Shown here piece by piece: positions 7,415 through 9,583 of a stretch of DNA of 9,583 nt. Numbering within the stretch: position 1 is the first letter of the stretch; every line of letters begins with the position of its first letter. Both the position numbers and the translations under genes were made by a program. The stretch lies in the IMG/VR virus record IMGVR_UViG_2617271049_000002; one strand, given 5' to 3'. The DNA comes from a virus (lineage: Duplodnaviria > Heunggongvirae > Uroviricota > Caudoviricetes). The notes under the pieces were generated by a model that saw only the letters and a program-made list of their open reading frames with translations, did not search any database and was not told the origin of the DNA.

Positions 7415-7457
7415 CATTAGGAGTAAGCAAGACGAATTAGTAGTGAGTCATCAATCG

Positions 7458-7492
7458 ACTTCCGCTCCTGGCACAGAGCGGACTGTCAGATT
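7458..7492. repeat. Right copy of the 35-bp imperfect inverted repeat bracketing the cargo (plus strand ACTTCCGCTCCTGGCACAGAGCGGACTGTCAGATT).
   Basis: Reverse complement matches 5185-5219 at 31/35. It sits at the other GC/AT boundary, 108 bp upstream of gene A. Confidence 0.8.
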
Positions 7493-7510
7493 AGGCTTTA
7501 CTCTGTGCCA
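7469..7510 (-). promoter_or_regulatory. Stem-loop downstream of G: 10-bp perfect stem (TGGCACAGAG / CTCTGTGCCA) with a 22-nt loop; function unknown.
   Basis: Perfect inverted 10-mers at 7469-7478 and 7501-7510, starting 22 nt after the G stop. One arm lies inside the right inverted-repeat copy. There is no U-tract after it on the minus strand, so it is not a canonical intrinsic terminator. Confidence 0.35.
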
Positions 7511-7532
7511 TAGATATGTAAGCTAATACAAC

Positions 7533-8060
7533 TTATTGCGGCATTTCCGGCCATTCAGGATTTGCAGGATCCACACGACTGACCAGAACGCTGTAGCGTT
7601 CCCATGATTCCAGTCGGCTACGCTCCTCATCTGTTGCCATGTTCAGTCTGACCGCGCGCTCCAGCGGCAAAATCACGGATTCAGCATCTGCAAGAAGTCT
7701 GGCTTTCTGAATTTCTGCCTGCTGCTGTAATTCCTCTGCCGTATAAATGCGTTTAATCACTTTGCCGTCCTTAAACATCCAGTTCCCTGAAATGTCCGCC
7801 CGTCGGTTAGCAGTAATATCCGCCACTTCAACAACACTTAATCCATCCGGTCTGATAGCTGTCACATCCTTTTCCACATAGTGGATGATATTATCTTTGT
7901 CGTACGCTATTTTTATCGTGTCATCAGCAAAATACTTTTGTTCTTCGTACCAGTTCTTACCATCTTCTGAAAAAAACCAGACAACATCAAAGTCCTTTGT
8001 CAATTGATATTGTTCAACCGTTTTTGGATTACCCGCCGTAATATTTTTTAAATGCTGCAT
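7533..8060 (-). CDS. G: Tail fibre assembly protein, P2 gpG-like (175 aa).
   Basis: Complete [23 protein letters not shown]...[13 protein letters not shown], which matches my recollection of P2 gpG. Its ATG lies 3 nt after the H stop (TAA-TTT-ATG). Confidence 0.9.
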   Translation of the reverse strand: MQHLKNITAGNPKTVEQYQLTKDFDVVWFFSEDGKNWYEEQKYFADDTIKIAYDKDNIIHYVEKDVTAIRPDGLSVVEVADITANRRADISGNWMFKDGKVIKRIYTAEELQQQAEIQKARLLADAESVILPLERAVRLNMATDEERSRLESWERYSVLVSRVDPANPEWPEMPQ

Positions 8061-8063
8061 AAA

Positions 8064-9583
8064 TTATACCTGCGCCACGTTATACCATGTCCCGTTAATG
8101 TATTTCTGCACCGGTCTGTAATATACGCCACCAATGTTATCGGCAGAGTTTGAGCCGGTATCCTGAACAATAATGCCGGTATATACGCAACCTGACGGAG
8201 CCTGATGCGTCCATGTAGTACCATTATTTGCTGGTTTATATGTAGATGCACCGCCCAGCCGCATGTCTCTCACATAACGTGAATCTGATTCAGCTTTGGT
8301 GTATGCACCAACATCTCCCGCTGAGGGTTTATGAGCAGTTGTATATAGTTGCGCCCATCCAGACCAGTTAGCATCTGTGGTATCTCGTCGGGAGCGAATA
8401 TATGCCGGAGCATGAGCACCGCTGGTTCCACTCCAGCCAATAAGTAACTCACCCTCTCCTACTGCGGTTACGCCAGTGAGATGAAGCACATTACCATAGG
8501 CTGTTGGGTAGCCATTGTTGTATGCCTCATACATCTGAATACCTGGTGTCCCCTTTACGCTCCCACCTAATGCAGTAACACGGTTTCTGGATACCAGTGT
8601 ATTAATATTTATATCAGCAGAGCCATCAAATCTGACACCATTAATATTTCTTGCGTTCGCTAACTTCGTTGCTGTTGCAGCATTTCCCGAAAGGCTGGAA
8701 ATAAATGGATGTGAGCAGTAATAACCGCGCCCATTTTTAAAATCCAGAATAGCCTGTGCGTTCGTGCTTTCTGTAGCAGGATTAGTTGCCCCCCACTTAT
8801 ATGTCGTTTGACCGACGACATAATCCTCTGTCGGAACAATAACCGTTAGCCCTTCCTCTGCAAGAATTTGCACAGGGAAAGCTCTGGCTTCAACATAAAA
8901 AACACTACATACATCATCATCTTTCAGGCTTGTAACAATGGAATGGATTGAACGCTCATTAGTCTGATACGTCCAGAAATAACCTGCCGCATATGAACCA
9001 CGATCAGTCCAGCCTCCGGGCATAACCATGCCATTAAACTCGCAGTTATTCATTACATAATCGCTGTTATAACAACCAGTGGAAATAACGACGCGGGATG
9101 CCATTTCTCCTGAAAGGCTGGCAGCACGGCGAAAGATAACGGGATACCACTTCCCGGCAACGACATTTGCAGGGGCTGCAAACGAATACTTTCGCATTCC
9201 CTTTTTCTTATCCACTTCACCTTTGCTGTAAACATTAATGTTACTCAGGAAGCGTCCTTTATCAGGAATATCCGCACCGTTCTGATCTTTCTGAAGACGT
9301 TTTTCAGCATTGTCATAGGCAGACTTCACCGCTTTTGGTGTTGCGGCCTGCGTTTCAGAATCACTGTTGGTGGCGCTACTGAGCTGGACAAGGCCTTTCC
9401 GCGCGGTGGTGGCATCCTGTGCAGTGTATTTCCCGTTAGCAAGGTCATACGCTGTCTTAACCGCCTTTGGCGTTGCCGCAAGCGTTTCAGAATCGCTGTT
9501 GGTGACGCTACTGAGCTGGACAAGACCTTTTCGCGCTGTGGTGGCATCCTGTGCAGTGTATTTCCCGTTAGCAAGGTCATACG
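8064..9583 (-). CDS. H: Tail fibre protein, P2 gpH-like; 3' portion only, the 5' end lies beyond the window.
   Basis: The frame is open from the window edge to the stop at 8064-8066. The ORF-track start at 9329 is an internal GTG. The upstream in-frame translation reads ...AATPKAVKTAYDLANGKYTAQDATTARKGLVQLSSATNSDSETQAATPKAVKSAYDNAEKRL..., the repeat motif I recall from P2 gpH. The C-terminus ...YRPVQKYINGTWYNVAQV resembles the P2 H C-terminus. Confidence 0.88.
   Translation of the reverse strand, partial: YDLANGKYTAQDATTARKGLVQLSSVTNSDSETLAATPKAVKTAYDLANGKYTAQDATTARKGLVQLSSATNSDSETQAATPKAVKSAYDNAEKRLQKDQNGADIPDKGRFLSNINVYSKGEVDKKKGMRKYSFAAPANVVAGKWYPVIFRRAASLSGEMASRVVISTGCYNSDYVMNNCEFNGMVMPGGWTDRGSYAAGYFWTYQTNERSIHSIVTSLKDDDVCSVFYVEARAFPVQILAEEGLTVIVPTEDYVVGQTTYKWGATNPATESTNAQAILDFKNGRGYYCSHPFISSLSGNAATATKLANARNINGVRFDGSADININTLVSRNRVTALGGSVKGTPGIQMYEAYNNGYPTAYGNVLHLTGVTAVGEGELLIGWSGTSGAHAPAYIRSRRDTTDANWSGWAQLYTTAHKPSAGDVGAYTKAESDSRYVRDMRLGGASTYKPANNGTTWTHQAPSGCVYTGIIVQDTGSNSADNIGGVYYRPVQKYINGTWYNVAQV
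9320..9583 (-). repeat. Two tandem 132-bp (44-codon) direct repeats inside the tail fibre gene, cut by the window edge.
   Basis: Region 9452-9583 is near-identical to 9320-9451 at an offset of 132 bp. They encode the AATPKAVK(T/S)AYDLANGKYTAQDATTARKGLVQLSSATNSDSET(L/Q) unit. Confidence 0.85.

Noticed and set aside
8048-8452. Minus-strand ORFs 8048-8251 and 8270-8452.
   Set aside because: They are alternative frames nested in the 3' end of tail fibre gene H.
9053-9235. Plus-strand ORF 9053-9235.
   Set aside because: It is antisense and nested inside tail fibre gene H.
9326-9580. Minus-strand ORF 9326-9580 (MTLLTGNTLHRMPP..., internally repetitive).
   Set aside because: It is the wrong frame of the tail-fibre tandem repeats; the repeat makes any frame look internally repetitive. 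The correct frame gives the TPKAVK...LVQLSSATNSDSET motif that continues into the H ORF.
1-9583. Looked for CRISPR arrays, tRNA or rRNA genes, integrase or transposase genes.
   Set aside because: No regularly spaced short direct repeats, no cloverleaf-like tRNA candidates in the intergenic regions, and no recombinase-like ORFs were seen. The window is structural tail genes plus the cargo.

Overview
This window is the tail-gene block of a P2-like (Peduovirus-type) prophage from an enterobacterium, with every supported gene on the minus strand. Reading 5'->3' on that strand the order is: tail fibre H (5' end runs off the window), tail-fibre assembly G, a ~2.2 kb AT-rich two-gene cargo cassette, tail sheath FI, tail tube FII, the E / E+E' frameshift pair, tape measure T, tail protein U, and the first codons of D. 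The backbone is about 55-60% GC with tightly coupled genes; the cargo (about 5225-7455) is about 30% GC. It sits exactly where phage P2 carries its Z/fun locus, a position where P2-like phages are known to carry variable anti-phage cargo. The cargo is the main candidate for an undescribed system: two overlapping genes of 308 and 386 aa that I do not recognise, with a possible own promoter and an intrinsic terminator, bracketed by a 35-bp imperfect inverted repeat (31/35). Other points of note are the conserved T TTT TTG -1 frameshift site for E+E', a 21-bp perfect palindrome between FII and E, 132-bp tandem repeats in the tail fibre gene, and two 10-N runs inside T that preserve the reading frame. 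No tRNA, rRNA, CRISPR array, integrase or transposase was seen. All calls are from reading the sequence and from recalled knowledge of P2; no database search was run.
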